Below the pieces are notes generated by a model, which ran no database searches, was not told the DNA's origin, and saw only the letters and a list, made by a program, of their open reading frames with translations. The translations under genes and the position numbers were made by a program. This document shows, piece by piece, positions 47,191 through 57,854 of a stretch of DNA of 64,000 nucleotides. Each line of letters opens with the position of its first letter. Position 1 is the stretch's first letter. The stretch spans positions 928,001 through 992,000 of the forward strand of contig OZ244197.1 in assembly GCA_965216785.1 (NCBI GenBank). Direction: 5' to 3'. The stretch comes from Thermodesulfobacteriota bacterium. Lineage in GTDB: Bacteria > Desulfobacterota_D > UBA1144 > Nemesobacterales > UBA2774.

Positions 47191-49803
47191 ATGGCAAGCC
47201 AAACCCCCATGCTAAAGCAGTACAATGAGATAAAAAGAGAATATCCGGACGCGATTCTGTTCTTCCGGCTTGGGGATTTCTATGAGATGTTTTATGACGA
47301 TGCCAAAGTGGCCTCAAAAGTTCTCGGTATAGCTCTCACTTCCAGGAACAAATCGGACAAGAATCCTGTTCCCCTTTGCGGGGTTCCTCACCATAGCGCC
47401 GAGCCATACCTTGCCAAGCTCCTGCAAAGCGGACACCGTGTGGCTGTATGCGAGCAGGTAGAGGACCCAAAGAGCGCAAAGGGCGTTGTTAAGAGAAAAG
47501 TGGTACGGGTGCTCACACCGGGCGCAATTCTCGATTCTGAAAAACTCGACTCAAAATCCAATAATTTTCTCGCAAGCGTATGCGTAGATAAATCCTCATA
47601 CGCAAATAAAGTGAAGTACGGGCTGGCCTATACGGATATTTCCACAGGGGCTTTCCGCGTGACTTCATTTATGAATCTTGAAGACCTGACAGATGAGCTC
47701 CTTCAAGTTGAGCCAAGCGAGATACTACTTCCAGACGACCTCTACCAGGGCGAGGTCTTGAGCGTTTCGGTTATATCCTCGCTAAACCCCGTAATCACTC
47801 CCCTTGATTCATGGGTATGGGATCAAGACCGTGCCGAAGAGCTGCTAACGGAGCATCTCAAAGTAAAGTCGCTGAAACCTTTCGGGCTTGATGGAAAACC
47901 CGAATCTATCTCAGCTTCTGGAGCGCTAATTCATTATCTGATAGAAACCCAAATGGACGATATGCCCCCGCTCGACGAGCCCGGCTATTATGAGAAAACC
48001 GAGTATCTTCTTATAGACGAGTCCTCAAAGAGAAACCTCGAGCTCCTTAAGTCAAACTCCGGCGAGGCCGCAGAGGGCACGCTCCTATCGGTACTTGACC
48101 ATACAAGCACTCCTATGGGGGGGAGGCTCCTTAAGCACAGGATTGTCAACCCAATTAAAGACAAGAAAAAGATAGAGGAGAGGCTCGACGCTTTAGAAGA
48201 GCTGCACAAGTCTCCGAAGCTGCTAAAAGAGCTCAGGGATACGCTCGGCCAGATAAGCGACATTGAAAGACTAATAGGCAGGATCTCGACAACCTCTGGA
48301 AGGCCAAGGGATCTTGGCGCCTTAAGAGACTCTTCCCTATACATAGCTAAGCTCAAGAGCGCTCTGTCGAAAGATTCTGGGGTATTGGGGGCCATCGGCA
48401 AAGATTTAGACGAGCTTACGGACCTGCGCTCTACAATTGAGAAATGCTTAGTAGATGAGCCGCCTGTATCCCCAAATGACGGAGGCATAATCCGTCAAGG
48501 CGTCAGCTCCGAGCTCGATGAGCTCCGGACGATAAGAAAAGACGGCAAGAACTGGATTGCCGAGCTTGAAAGCAGGGAAAGAGAGGCAACCGGCGTAAAA
48601 ACGCTCAAAGTAGGCTACAACCGCGTGTTCGGCTATTATATCGAAGTCTCTAAAGCAAATTCAGCCTCTGTCCCGGAAAATTTCATCAGAAAACAGACGC
48701 TAGTAAACGCAGAGCGCTTTATTACTGACGAGCTAAAGGAGTTTGAAGACAAGATACTCGGGGCCGAGGAGAAAATACTTGAAATAGAAAGGGAGCTCTT
48801 TCAGCAGTTAAGAGTAAAAATCGCCCGTGAGTCGGAGCGCGTTAGAAAGTCGGCTTCTATTATTGCCGATATAGACGTCTTCTGCGCCCTTTCAGAGGCG
48901 GCTCAGAAATACGGCTACGTTCGCCCCGTGATTACGGACTCAAAGGTTTTAGAGCTTAAAAATAACCGCCACCCCGTGGTCGAAAGGATGGAGCTTGGCG
49001 AGCGGTTCGTTCCGAACGACATCAGGCTGGACGGTGATGACAGCCAGTTCCTTCTCATCACAGGCCCTAACATGGCGGGTAAATCCACCCTCATACGCCA
49101 GGTAGCGCTCACCGTGCTCATGGCTCAGATGGGGAGCTTCGTTCCCGCGGACAGTGCCGAGATCGGGCTCACAGACAGGATCTTCACCCGTGTGGGGGCT
49201 ACCGACAACCTGATGAAAGGCCAGTCCACTTTCATGGTGGAGATGGTCGAGACCGCATATATTCTCAGAAACGCAACCGGGCAGAGCCTTGTAATATTGG
49301 ATGAAATTGGTAGGGGCACCAGCACCTTTGACGGCATGAGCATCGCCTGGGCGGTTTCAGAGTATCTGCACGACAAAGGCTCCCGCACCCTATTCGCCAC
49401 CCACTACCACGAGCTTGCAGAGCTCGCCATGTCCAAGAGCAGGACGAAGAACTACAACATATACGTAAAGGAAAGCGGCGATAAGATAGTATTTTTAAGA
49501 AAGCTCATCCCCGGTGCCGCGAGCCACAGCTACGGTATTCAGGTCGCAAAGCTCGCCGGAGTGCCGGAAATAGTAATAAAAAACGCCAGAAAAGTGCTCA
49601 CTAACTTAGAGAAATCCCAGGAAGGGCTCAAGACTTCCATACTCGGAGGCCAAATCTCTCTTTTCAATGACAACGGTGGCAGCGATAACAATGAGCCCGA
49701 TCCCGTGCTCGAAGAGCTAAAGGAGATCGACACCAACTCCATCACCCCGCTCGACGCGCTCACCAAGCTCGCTGAGCTTAAAAAGAAACTCGAGGGTACG
49801 TAA
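47191..49803 (+). CDS. mutS: DNA mismatch repair protein MutS
   Basis: GDFYEMF, TGPNMAGKST, STFMVEM, DEIGRGTST. Confidence 0.98.
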   Translation: MASQTPMLKQYNEIKREYPDAILFFRLGDFYEMFYDDAKVASKVLGIALTSRNKSDKNPVPLCGVPHHSAEPYLAKLLQSGHRVAVCEQVEDPKSAKGVVKRKVVRVLTPGAILDSEKLDSKSNNFLASVCVDKSSYANKVKYGLAYTDISTGAFRVTSFMNLEDLTDELLQVEPSEILLPDDLYQGEVLSVSVISSLNPVITPLDSWVWDQDRAEELLTEHLKVKSLKPFGLDGKPESISASGALIHYLIETQMDDMPPLDEPGYYEKTEYLLIDESSKRNLELLKSNSGEAAEGTLLSVLDHTSTPMGGRLLKHRIVNPIKDKKKIEERLDALEELHKSPKLLKELRDTLGQISDIERLIGRISTTSGRPRDLGALRDSSLYIAKLKSALSKDSGVLGAIGKDLDELTDLRSTIEKCLVDEPPVSPNDGGIIRQGVSSELDELRTIRKDGKNWIAELESREREATGVKTLKVGYNRVFGYYIEVSKANSASVPENFIRKQTLVNAERFITDELKEFEDKILGAEEKILEIERELFQQLRVKIARESERVRKSASIIADIDVFCALSEAAQKYGYVRPVITDSKVLELKNNRHPVVERMELGERFVPNDIRLDGDDSQFLLITGPNMAGKSTLIRQVALTVLMAQMGSFVPADSAEIGLTDRIFTRVGATDNLMKGQSTFMVEMVETAYILRNATGQSLVILDEIGRGTSTFDGMSIAWAVSEYLHDKGSRTLFATHYHELAELAMSKSRTKNYNIYVKESGDKIVFLRKLIPGAASHSYGIQVAKLAGVPEIVIKNARKVLTNLEKSQEGLKTSILGGQISLFNDNGGSDNNEPDPVLEELKEIDTNSITPLDALTKLAELKKKLEGT

Positions 49804-49858
49804 TCCTTCTTATAAACTGTGCTATATTATTAGATAAGAATGTTTTCGGGAGGAAAAA

Positions 49859-50332
49859 ATGAGGAAATCCCTATTAACACCGATCCTTTTTATAGTAATC
49901 AGCTTTGTTTTTACTCTCAGTGCCGCTGCTCAAGTATTCACGGTTAACGACTCGGGCGGCCCTAGCTATCTTTATGTGCTCAGTAGTACGTCCGGAAAGA
50001 TGAAGGATGACACTCTCATACTCAACGGAGTGCCCAGCGTTGTTTACTTCTCTGACCGACCAAGCAGAATTGCCGGTCACGAAAGCGTCAGTGACTTTGT
50101 GGAGCTTTGGAATAAATCCTCAGACAGCTTTAAGGCCGATCCCCCGAACGCGACGCTTTCAATTCTGGACGTTGCTGAAAATATTGTAGTTGAGCTGATG
50201 AGTGTCGAGGATAAGGACGACTCGGTTACTTTTAAAGTCCGCGTACTTCAAGGACAAGCTCCCAAGACCTTTTCAAATTCTTCGCTATTTATAGATGAAT
50301 TTCATTTTGGTCCCAATCCCGGTGACGGTTAG
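49859..50332 (+). CDS. Secreted protein of the YFSDRPxRxAGH family (paralog of 23441-23905)
   Basis: Signal peptide; SYLYV..VYFSDRPSRIAGH..FKADPPNA..SSLFID. Confidence 0.8.
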   Translation: MRKSLLTPILFIVISFVFTLSAAAQVFTVNDSGGPSYLYVLSSTSGKMKDDTLILNGVPSVVYFSDRPSRIAGHESVSDFVELWNKSSDSFKADPPNATLSILDVAENIVVELMSVEDKDDSVTFKVRVLQGQAPKTFSNSSLFIDEFHFGPNPGDG

Positions 50333-50345
50333 CTCGGTTACTATT

Positions 50346-50708
50346 ATGAAAGACAGCCGTACAATCGGGCAGCATGGCGAGGATATCGCCTCAAAGGCCC
50401 TAAAGCGGAGTAAGTACAAGATTCTCGAAAGGAATTTCCGGTGCCGTCAGGGGGAGATAGATATTATCGCAGAGGATAAAGATGGAGTTCTCTGCTTTGT
50501 AGAAGTGAAGGCCCGCTCATCAGACGCATTCGGCCGTCCCGAGGAGGTAGTTAACAGCCATAAGCAGAGAAGGCTCACAGCGGCGGCTTACGTGTATCTC
50601 GAGAAGAACCGCTTGGAGCTGCGGAATATGCGCTTTGATATAGTCTCCGTTAATCTTAATTCAGGGGAATCAACCATACTCAAAAACGCGTTTGAAGTAG
50701 GTTATTAG
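50346..50708 (+). CDS. yraN: YraN/UPF0102 nuclease
   Basis: G..GE..A, ERNFR..GEIDII, FVEVKAR, RFDIV; ATG at 50346. Confidence 0.9.
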   Translation: MKDSRTIGQHGEDIASKALKRSKYKILERNFRCRQGEIDIIAEDKDGVLCFVEVKARSSDAFGRPEEVVNSHKQRRLTAAAYVYLEKNRLELRNMRFDIVSVNLNSGESTILKNAFEVGY

Positions 50709-50824
50709 GATAGATTTTTCCTCCCACCTCTTGACACAAACGATTTCATGCATAGTTTATATCTGTTTTTATAACGATGGGTTTGCTGTAACTTAATAAT
50801 TTCAATCTCAGGAGGCATTACAAT

Positions 50825-51118
50825 ATGGGTGTAAGACCACTTCAAGATAAAGTGTTGGTAAAAAGAATAGACGTTCCGGATACAACGGAGGGCGGAATCA
50901 TCATCCCCGATACATCTGGAGACAAACCGCTTGAAGGCGTAGTGGAAGCCGTTGGACCCGGCAGGGTTAATCCCGACGGAAGCGTAACACCGCTAGAAGT
51001 AAAAAAGGGTGACAGTGTTCTGTTTGCTATGTATGCGGGTAGCGAAATCACGCTCAAAGGTAAAGACCACATAATCCTTAATGAAAATGACATCTTAGCA
51101 GTAATCTTAGATCAATAA
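50825..51118 (+). CDS. groES: Co-chaperonin GroES
   Basis: [21 protein letters not shown]. Confidence 0.96.
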   Translation: MGVRPLQDKVLVKRIDVPDTTEGGIIIPDTSGDKPLEGVVEAVGPGRVNPDGSVTPLEVKKGDSVLFAMYAGSEITLKGKDHIILNENDILAVILDQ

Positions 51119-51138
51119 TAAAAGGAGGCAACAAACAA

Positions 51139-52788
51139 ATGGCAGCAAAGGAAATTAAATTTGACAGAGAGGCTCAGGAGGCAGTACTGAGCGGAGTAAA
51201 CCAGCTGGCAAACGCGGTAAAAGCCACACTGGGCCCCAGGGGTAGAAACGTACTTATAGAAAAGACATTCGGCGCCCCCGTGGTAACCAAGGACGGCGTA
51301 ACGGTAGCCAAAGAGATAGAGCTAGAGGACAAGTTCGAGAACATGGGCGCTCAGATGGTAAAAGAGGTAGCGTCGCGCACAAGTGACGTAGCCGGAGACG
51401 GCACGACGACGGCGACAGTGCTTGCACAGGCAATATTCCGCGAGGGCATTAAACTCGTAGCCGCGGGCCATGACCCGATGAAACTCAAAAGGGGCATAGA
51501 CAAAGCCGTAGAGGTAGTGGTAGAGAGCATCCGTAAGCAGAGTAAGCAGGTAAAGGGCAGAACAGAAATAGCCCAGGTAGCTACGGTATCCGCAAACGGC
51601 GATGCGACTATCGGTAACATCATCGCGGACGCAATGGAAAAAGTTGGTAAAGACGGCGTAATCACCGTAGAAGAGGGAAGAAGCCTCGACACAGAGCTTG
51701 ACGTGGTTGAGGGAATGCAGTTTGACAGAGGCTACCTAAGCCCCTACTTCGTAACAGAGCCTGAGAAGATGCAGATCGAGCTCGAAGACCCTGTCATCTT
51801 AATGTACGACAAAAAAATCTCCAACATGAAAGACCTGGTACCTCTCCTTGAGGAAGTAGCCAGGAGCACCAAGCCTCTTTTAGTAATGGCAGAGGACATA
51901 GAGGGCGAGGCTCTCGCAACACTCGTAGTGAACAAGATCAGAGGCACGCTTAAAGTGGCCGCAATAAAAGCCCCTGGGTTTGGCGACAGACGTAAGTCAA
52001 TGCTAGAGGACATAGCGATACTCACAGGCGGTAAAGTGGTAGCCGAAGAGGTTGGTATGAAGCTAGAGGGCACAAAGCTCACCGATCTTGGAAGAGCAAA
52101 GAAAGTAGTAATAGATAAAGACAACACGACAATAGTTGGCGGAGCAGGCAAGAAGGGCGAGATCGAAGGAAGAATAAAACAGATCAAAGCCCAGGTAGAC
52201 AATGCTTCAGGTGAGTATGACCGTGAGAAGCTCCAGGAGCGTCTCGCGAAGCTCGCAGGCGGAGTAGCGGTAATAAGAGTAGGAGCAGCTACAGAGGCCG
52301 AGATGAAAGAGAAGAAAGCAAGAGTGGAGGACGCACTGAACGCTACAAGAGCCGCGGTAGAAGAGGGGATAGTCCCCGGTGGCGGCGTAGGGTTCATAAG
52401 AGCCATTAAAGCGGTAGACGCGTTCACCGGAGCTGACGAAGAGGAGAAAGCGGGAGTACGTATAGTTAAGCGAGTTCTCGAAGAGCCTTTAAGGGGCATA
52501 GCGGGCAACGCAGGCTGGGACGGCTCCATAGTAGTAGGCAAAGTGAGCGAGGCCAAGGGCCCTGAGGGGTTTGACGCAGGCAAGCTAGAGTACACAGACC
52601 TCATAGCAGCCGGCATCATCGATCCTGCGAAGGTAAGTAGGAGCGCCATCCTTAACGCATCCTCAGTAGCAGGACTCCTCCTAACAACAGAAGCGCTCGT
52701 TGCTGAAAAACCTCATCCGGAAGAGGCTGGCGGTGGAATGCCAGGTGGTATGCCGGGCGGAATGGGCGGAATGCCGGGAATGATGTAA
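51139..52788 (+). CDS. groEL: Chaperonin GroEL
   Basis: [19 protein letters not shown] tail. Confidence 0.99.
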   Translation: MAAKEIKFDREAQEAVLSGVNQLANAVKATLGPRGRNVLIEKTFGAPVVTKDGVTVAKEIELEDKFENMGAQMVKEVASRTSDVAGDGTTTATVLAQAIFREGIKLVAAGHDPMKLKRGIDKAVEVVVESIRKQSKQVKGRTEIAQVATVSANGDATIGNIIADAMEKVGKDGVITVEEGRSLDTELDVVEGMQFDRGYLSPYFVTEPEKMQIELEDPVILMYDKKISNMKDLVPLLEEVARSTKPLLVMAEDIEGEALATLVVNKIRGTLKVAAIKAPGFGDRRKSMLEDIAILTGGKVVAEEVGMKLEGTKLTDLGRAKKVVIDKDNTTIVGGAGKKGEIEGRIKQIKAQVDNASGEYDREKLQERLAKLAGGVAVIRVGAATEAEMKEKKARVEDALNATRAAVEEGIVPGGGVGFIRAIKAVDAFTGADEEEKAGVRIVKRVLEEPLRGIAGNAGWDGSIVVGKVSEAKGPEGFDAGKLEYTDLIAAGIIDPAKVSRSAILNASSVAGLLLTTEALVAEKPHPEEAGGGMPGGMPGGMGGMPGMM

Positions 52789-52827
52789 GAAGTATCTAAA
52801 AGAAAAACAAATTCAGTTGAAAAAGTT

Positions 52828-52865
52828 AAGCGGGCTTTCCTGTCTTAGGTCAGCCCGCTTTTTTT
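52828..52865 (+). terminator. groEL terminator
   Basis: AAGCGGGCT..AGCCCGCTT followed by a T-tract. Confidence 0.8.
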
Positions 52866-52880
52866 ATGATATTTACCTTG

Positions 52881-52963
52881 TCATCCTGAACTTGTTTCAG
52901 GATCTCATCTTTTGTCCTTTTTCCCCTCCCCCCAGCGTGGGGGAGGATTAAAGGTGGGGGGGG
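52881..52963. repeat. Two adjacent REP-like palindromes
   Basis: TCATCCTGAACTTGTTTCAGGATCTCATC (copy 2) and CCCCTCCCCCCAGCGTGGGGGAGG..GGTGGGG. Confidence 0.75.
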
Positions 52964-52982
52964 AATCTGTTGCTATATTCAA

Positions 52983-53879
52983 TCAGTCCTTGTTAAAATA
53001 TTTATACCCCACCGCCTTATAAGCAAGCTTCGCCGCAAGCACGTCAGGTCCCAGTATGCCCGCTACCGGAGCCAGCTCCACAATATCCATTCCAATCACA
53101 TTTCTGCTTTCAAACGTTTTTCTAAGGAGTCCGACAACGTCATACCAGGTAAGACCCCCCGGCTCGGGCGTTCCCGTCGAGGGCATTACGGAAGGGTCGA
53201 GTGAGTCAACGTCAACGCTGATGTATACGTCTTGCAATAGTGAAGAGACGGCGTCATCAATCCAGTCGTTATTTTCGGATTCATGAATTTCTCTTGCGTG
53301 GATTATTTTTACGTCGTCCCGGGTTTTGATAAACTCGGCCTCTTCAATCGAGTAACTCCTTATCCCGCACTCTGTAAGTGGGCACCCCTCGTCGAGCGCT
53401 CTTCGCATTACGCACGCGTGGTTATACTTTGTTCCTTCGTAGGAGTCACGTAAATCACAATGCGCGTCAATATTCAGAACAGAAAACTTTTCTCTACCCT
53501 GACGGTGTGCTCTAACTGCGCCTAGTGTGATTGAGTGCTCTCCCCCGAGCGTAATAATAAATTTATTGTTATCGATAAGCTTAGTGCATACTTTCTGCAC
53601 ATCACTTACCATAGCTTCGGGGTCTACATCGCACTCAAGCTCAGGCAGAGTATGGATACCGACCTTATAAGGCTCGCACTCCAGTTCGTCGTCATAAAGC
53701 TCGACCGATCTTGAGGCGTATATTATGGAATGTGGTCCTTTTGACGTGCCTCTTCCGAACGATACCGTTCTCTCGTACGGTACAGGGAGTATGACCGCTT
53801 GGGAGTTTTCAAAATCTGATTCCTCGCTCTCAAGCCCCAGGAAATTGTGCGGGAGAAAATTGCCTTCTATCATGACCAC
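52983..53879 (-). CDS. speB: Agmatinase
   Basis: GGEHS, DAHCDLR, DVDSLDPS..TGTPEPGG. Confidence 0.93.
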   Translation of the reverse strand: MVMIEGNFLPHNFLGLESEESDFENSQAVILPVPYERTVSFGRGTSKGPHSIIYASRSVELYDDELECEPYKVGIHTLPELECDVDPEAMVSDVQKVCTKLIDNNKFIITLGGEHSITLGAVRAHRQGREKFSVLNIDAHCDLRDSYEGTKYNHACVMRRALDEGCPLTECGIRSYSIEEAEFIKTRDDVKIIHAREIHESENNDWIDDAVSSLLQDVYISVDVDSLDPSVMPSTGTPEPGGLTWYDVVGLLRKTFESRNVIGMDIVELAPVAGILGPDVLAAKLAYKAVGYKYFNKD

Positions 53880-54004
53880 CGATATTTAACAGCTTAAGAG
53901 AGCCTATGTCAATTGATATTGCCTATAATACGTGATATAAATTCACGACCTTTTTAATAATTTAAAACGACCTCAATAAAAGTTAAAATAATTGTCCTAA
54001 GACC

Positions 54005-54694
54005 ATGAACGACAAACCTCACTATATTAACCACCGTGCAAGACTCCGCGAGCGCTTCAGGAAAGCAGGCGCAGACGGGATGCACGACTACGAGCTGCTA
54101 GAGCTGCTTCTTACCTACTCTATACCTAGACGGGACGTTAAGCCTGTTGCGAAGAAACTTATTGAGAAATTCGGGAGTCTCTCGGGTGTTCTCGATGCTG
54201 AGCAAAAAGAGCTTGAAGCGGTAAAAGGACTCGGCGCGATGTCGGCAAGCCTTATCAGGCTCGTAAAGGAGCTTTACTGTACTTACCTGTCAGAGGATAT
54301 TATGCAGGGTGATGTGCTTTCTTCTCCCGAATCTGTTCTCAATTTCGTAAGGGTGAAACTGGCCGGTCTTACGAACGAGGCGTTTATGGTCATATACATG
54401 AATGTGAAAAACGAAGTAATAGAGCATGCGCTCCTCTACGAAGGCACTGTGGACAACGTAGCCGTATACCCTAGGCGTGTGATTGAGTCTGCGCTCTCTA
54501 ATCACGCCTCGGGAGTAATTCTCGTTCATAACCACCCGAGCGGAAACACCATGCCCTCAGGCGAAGACAGGGTGCTCACACAGGAGATTGCGGAGGCTGC
54601 CGGCACTTTAGATATCAGAGTCCTTGACCATCTCATCGTGGGTAAGGAAGGTTACTTCAGTTTTATGGAGAACGGCCTACTGCCGATAGAATAA
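54005..54694 (+). CDS. radC: RadC/JAB-domain protein
   Basis: HRARLRERF, ELLELLL, HNHPSG, VLDHLIV. Confidence 0.95.
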   Translation: MNDKPHYINHRARLRERFRKAGADGMHDYELLELLLTYSIPRRDVKPVAKKLIEKFGSLSGVLDAEQKELEAVKGLGAMSASLIRLVKELYCTYLSEDIMQGDVLSSPESVLNFVRVKLAGLTNEAFMVIYMNVKNEVIEHALLYEGTVDNVAVYPRRVIESALSNHASGVILVHNHPSGNTMPSGEDRVLTQEIAEAAGTLDIRVLDHLIVGKEGYFSFMENGLLPIE

Positions 54695-54780
54695 AAAATG
54701 ATATAGTTTGATGTATGACCTCAGAGACTTTTTTATACTGTACAGGTTATAAAACTTCTTTTTAAATAAGGGAGCCAGAG

Positions 54781-55425
54781 TTGGAAAGCTCAATAAAAGA
54801 AGAAGAGGTGCAGAGCAGCAATAGTCTTCACAAAAAAGCGCTCTATCTATCAGTCTTCACCGTATCCTATAATTTCTTAGAAGGAATCATCTCAGTTCTG
54901 CTGGGATCGCTTTCAGGAAGTGTAGCTTTGGTAGGGTTTGGGCTCGATAGCTTTATTGAGTCTCTTTCGGGAACTGTGATGATCTGGCGTTTTACTGCGG
55001 GAGCAAAGCTTTCACCCATAGAAGAAGAGAAAATAGAATCAAAGGCTGCAAAACTTGTAGCATACACCTTTTTTATACTGGGCGCCTATATTCTATTTGA
55101 ATCATTGAAAAAGCTTTACCTGCGCGAGCACCCGGAACCCAGCGTTTTTGGAATTATCATCGCAGTTGTCTCTCTCATAGTTATGCCGCTTCTTTTTTAC
55201 CTTAAATACAGGATCGGGAAAACTATAGGGAGCAGGAGCCTTGTTGCCGATTCAAAACAGACTCTAGCCTGTATGTATTTGTCCCTGGCTCTTTTAGCGG
55301 GGCTCGGCCTTAACTACCTGTACGGTTTCTGGTGGGCCGACCCGGTTTCAGGGCTTGTTATAGTGGTATTGCTCATAAGAGAGGGTTACGAGACGCTTAA
55401 GGAAGAGAGGCTTTGCGGCTGTTAG
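54781..55425 (+). CDS. CDF-like cation efflux membrane protein
   Basis: SVALVGFGLDSFIE, SLVADSKQT, WWADP. Confidence 0.85.
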   Translation: MESSIKEEEVQSSNSLHKKALYLSVFTVSYNFLEGIISVLLGSLSGSVALVGFGLDSFIESLSGTVMIWRFTAGAKLSPIEEEKIESKAAKLVAYTFFILGAYILFESLKKLYLREHPEPSVFGIIIAVVSLIVMPLLFYLKYRIGKTIGSRSLVADSKQTLACMYLSLALLAGLGLNYLYGFWWADPVSGLVIVVLLIREGYETLKEERLCGC

Positions 55426-55547
55426 CTTAATTCAAGTAAATAAATTTTTTGAGTGTATTTTGAAATCCATGGTATATTAAAATCCCGAAATCAGAATCTA
55501 TCAGCAATCTCTCAGAACGAATAATTAAATATTAAGCGAGCACACTC

Positions 55548-56108
55548 ATGACAGATAATAAAGAAGAGTCCGCAAAAAAAGATACATCCGGCTCCATCAG
55601 TATAATCCGCTTCATCGTTACCTACGTGGTTTTGATGGGGGTGTTCTTTTTACTGCTTGGCCTTGCGCCGGTAAGAGAGGTCATAGACGTAAACGGCGCG
55701 TATTCTAACGTAATCGTCATAATTACAGCGAAGATACTCGGGCTTTTCGGTATCACCTCCACCTATGCCGGCACTCTTATAAACCTTCCGTCCATAACGC
55801 TAGACGTAGAATTTGGTTGTAACGGGCTTGAGGCCGTGATGATTTACTGCGTCGCGGTACTAACGTTTCCGGCAAGCTGGAAGAACAGGATCCTCGGAAT
55901 CGTTCTCGGGTTCTTAGTCATTCAGGTTCTTAATCTCATACGAATTGTTGCGCTTGCATACGCGGGCGTTTATCATAAGGACCTCTTTGAGCTCGTTCAC
56001 CTTTATGTAGCCCAAGGGGTCATGATAGCCGTTGCGTTAGGCACGTTCGTTCTTTATCTGACATATATAAGCAATGGAGATACAAAGCCAAAAGAAGCTT
56101 CTGCCTAA
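55548..56108 (+). CDS. Exosortase H-like (XrtH) transpeptidase
   Basis: Exosortase Cys-Arg-His residues: GCNGLE, NLIRI, LVHLY; short single-domain form. Confidence 0.85.
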   Translation: MTDNKEESAKKDTSGSISIIRFIVTYVVLMGVFFLLLGLAPVREVIDVNGAYSNVIVIITAKILGLFGITSTYAGTLINLPSITLDVEFGCNGLEAVMIYCVAVLTFPASWKNRILGIVLGFLVIQVLNLIRIVALAYAGVYHKDLFELVHLYVAQGVMIAVALGTFVLYLTYISNGDTKPKEASA

Positions 56109-56745
56109 AGGCGCTATTTTAAAGGCCGGGCTCATATTCATAATATCCTTTTGCGTATTCCTCGGAGGATGGCTTGTAGTTAAGGGCTACTACGGAACTG
56201 CTATTACTACCGTATCGTCCTACGCCGCCGCCGCGGTAAAGAACGCTCAGGTTGTGGATATCACCCGAGACAAGGACGTTGTTAAGGTTGGATTCATTCC
56301 CAAGACATATGGCGTAGCCCAGGTCTATAAAACCTCAATTGACGTTCCTGTGTCGAATTACGCGTTCAATGTACCTCTGACGCTCGCCATAATGGCCGCT
56401 TTTTTCCCTTTTCTCCGCTCAAGGCGGGTCTACATAGAAGCTCTTGTTATTCTGGTCTTCGTGCATTTCCTTTTCATCTTCACCCTCGAGGGCGAAAGGC
56501 TCACCGGGGTTTTCGTATCCCAGGGATATGAAAAAGAAAGCACGATCAGTAATATCTTTTGGCAATTCTCCTGGGGTTTCCTCGACAATATGGTCGTACG
56601 CTTCGAGCCGTTTCTGATCGGGGCATATCTATTCTTCTTCAGAAACAGGGTCCCGAAAGTTAAGAAGCAAAAAGCTAAAGTGGCTAAAGGTAAGGATAGA
56701 CAGAGGTCCGCAAAGTCAAAGGGTAAGAAATCTAGAAGAAAATAA
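56074..56745 (+). CDS. Exosortase-associated membrane protein
   Basis: Overlaps the exosortase gene; about 4 TM helices; basic C-terminal tail. Confidence 0.65.
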   Translation: MEIQSQKKLLPKGAILKAGLIFIISFCVFLGGWLVVKGYYGTAITTVSSYAAAAVKNAQVVDITRDKDVVKVGFIPKTYGVAQVYKTSIDVPVSNYAFNVPLTLAIMAAFFPFLRSRRVYIEALVILVFVHFLFIFTLEGERLTGVFVSQGYEKESTISNIFWQFSWGFLDNMVVRFEPFLIGAYLFFFRNRVPKVKKQKAKVAKGKDRQRSAKSKGKKSRRK

Positions 56746-56755
56746 AGCCTGTATT

Positions 56756-57481
56756 TTAACTTTCGCTCCGGCCAAGAATAAGCCCGCTGAAAAGACTTCC
56801 CAAAAGATATGTAACATATATAAGCACAATGCCCAGTAGGAATGAGATAGCCACACCTGCAATATCTCCCGCAGTATACGGCGCACCGCTGAAAAATATA
56901 TCCTGAGCGAGTTTAAACAAATCGTCGCTCCTCCATGTTTCTACATCAAACCCTGGCGAGAAAGTTTTTACTACACGCGTAACCACAATAGACCCCATCT
57001 CATAATAATCCCCGCTAAAAGATATAAACGGCGCAAACGCGATAGGAAGGCCGAACCCAAGCTTAAGGCAGGCGGCTATCGGTTTTGAGCGGGCGGCGGA
57101 TTTTACCAGGGGCACGCCAACAAATATAGTCAGAAGGAAGGGAAAGAAATCCGTAAGCAGATAAATAAGGTCGCTCCCCTTAGTGTCAAACCCCGTAAGC
57201 TGCCCTGCGTAATCAGACCCAACGGTTACAAAGGGGAATATCTTTTTAAGATACGCCGCCCCGTACATAGGGCTTACCTGAAGCTCGCTCACCGTGCCCC
57301 CGCCCAGTATGCACCCCAGCGCGTGGCCTAGCTCGTGCAGCGGAACATAAATCCACCAGGAAACTGCAAAAGCAATCAGCACGATGATCAGGTAAACTGC
57401 AGAAACTTTATCAATGCACCTCTCGAGACCAGAGAAAAAGTCCTCAAACGGCAGAGCCAGAATGTGAAGCAGGTTTTTCAT
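56756..57481 (-). CDS. Membrane protein with HExxH motif (M50-like metalloprotease candidate)
   Basis: PLHELGHALG in a TM context; downstream SGDY. Confidence 0.65.
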   Translation of the reverse strand: MKNLLHILALPFEDFFSGLERCIDKVSAVYLIIVLIAFAVSWWIYVPLHELGHALGCILGGGTVSELQVSPMYGAAYLKKIFPFVTVGSDYAGQLTGFDTKGSDLIYLLTDFFPFLLTIFVGVPLVKSAARSKPIAACLKLGFGLPIAFAPFISFSGDYYEMGSIVVTRVVKTFSPGFDVETWRSDDLFKLAQDIFFSGAPYTAGDIAGVAISFLLGIVLIYVTYLLGSLFSGLILGRSES

Positions 57482-57607
57482 GAAGATGAACCTCGATTGA
57501 TTGTATATAAGTTAAAGAAAATTGTAAACATTCGGCTCAAAAAGACGCCATTTTAGCCCTAAAAATATGTTATTACATTAACTTATAACCATAAGCTATA
57601 AAAGATA

Positions 57608-57636
57608 TTGACAAAATTCCAAAAAAGTTATACAAT
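57608..57636 (+). promoter_or_regulatory. Sigma70 promoter
   Basis: TTGACA-17 nt-TACAAT. Confidence 0.75.
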
Positions 57637-57667
57637 GTGGGCATAAGAGGATGAATTTTTAATATAA

Positions 57668-57753
57668 CCGAAAAGGCAAACTATCCGAAAGGATAGGACG
57701 CAAAGCCGACGGCCTAAGGGCTAGATGGAGCCTAAGGCGGCAGGGTTGCCGAA
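57668..57753 (+). ncRNA. c-di-GMP-I (GEMM-I) riboswitch
   Basis: GGCAAAC-tatcc-GAAA-ggatag-GACGCAAAGCC..GGCCTAA..GGCAGGGTTGCC matches the GEMM consensus. Confidence 0.92.
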
Positions 57754-57854
57754 GAGATGGAGGATGGGTCTCTAATAAATTCCGCTCTTCATGATAATTT
57801 AAGAGGCACGTCTGCGCAGCTTTTCGGTCAAAAGCTTTTTAAAGGAGCTTGGAC

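Noticed and set aside
50709-50824. CIRCE element upstream of groES
   Set aside because: TTAGCACTC-N9-GAGTGCTAA is absent; only a TTGACA promoter element is visible
51744-52649. 301-aa antisense ORF, and similar antisense ORFs in the giant gene and mutS
   Set aside because: Shadow frames of strongly conserved genes with no recognisable motifs
54005-54694. radC as a marker of a mobile element
   Set aside because: Full-length chromosomal form among housekeeping genes with no integrase or att repeats
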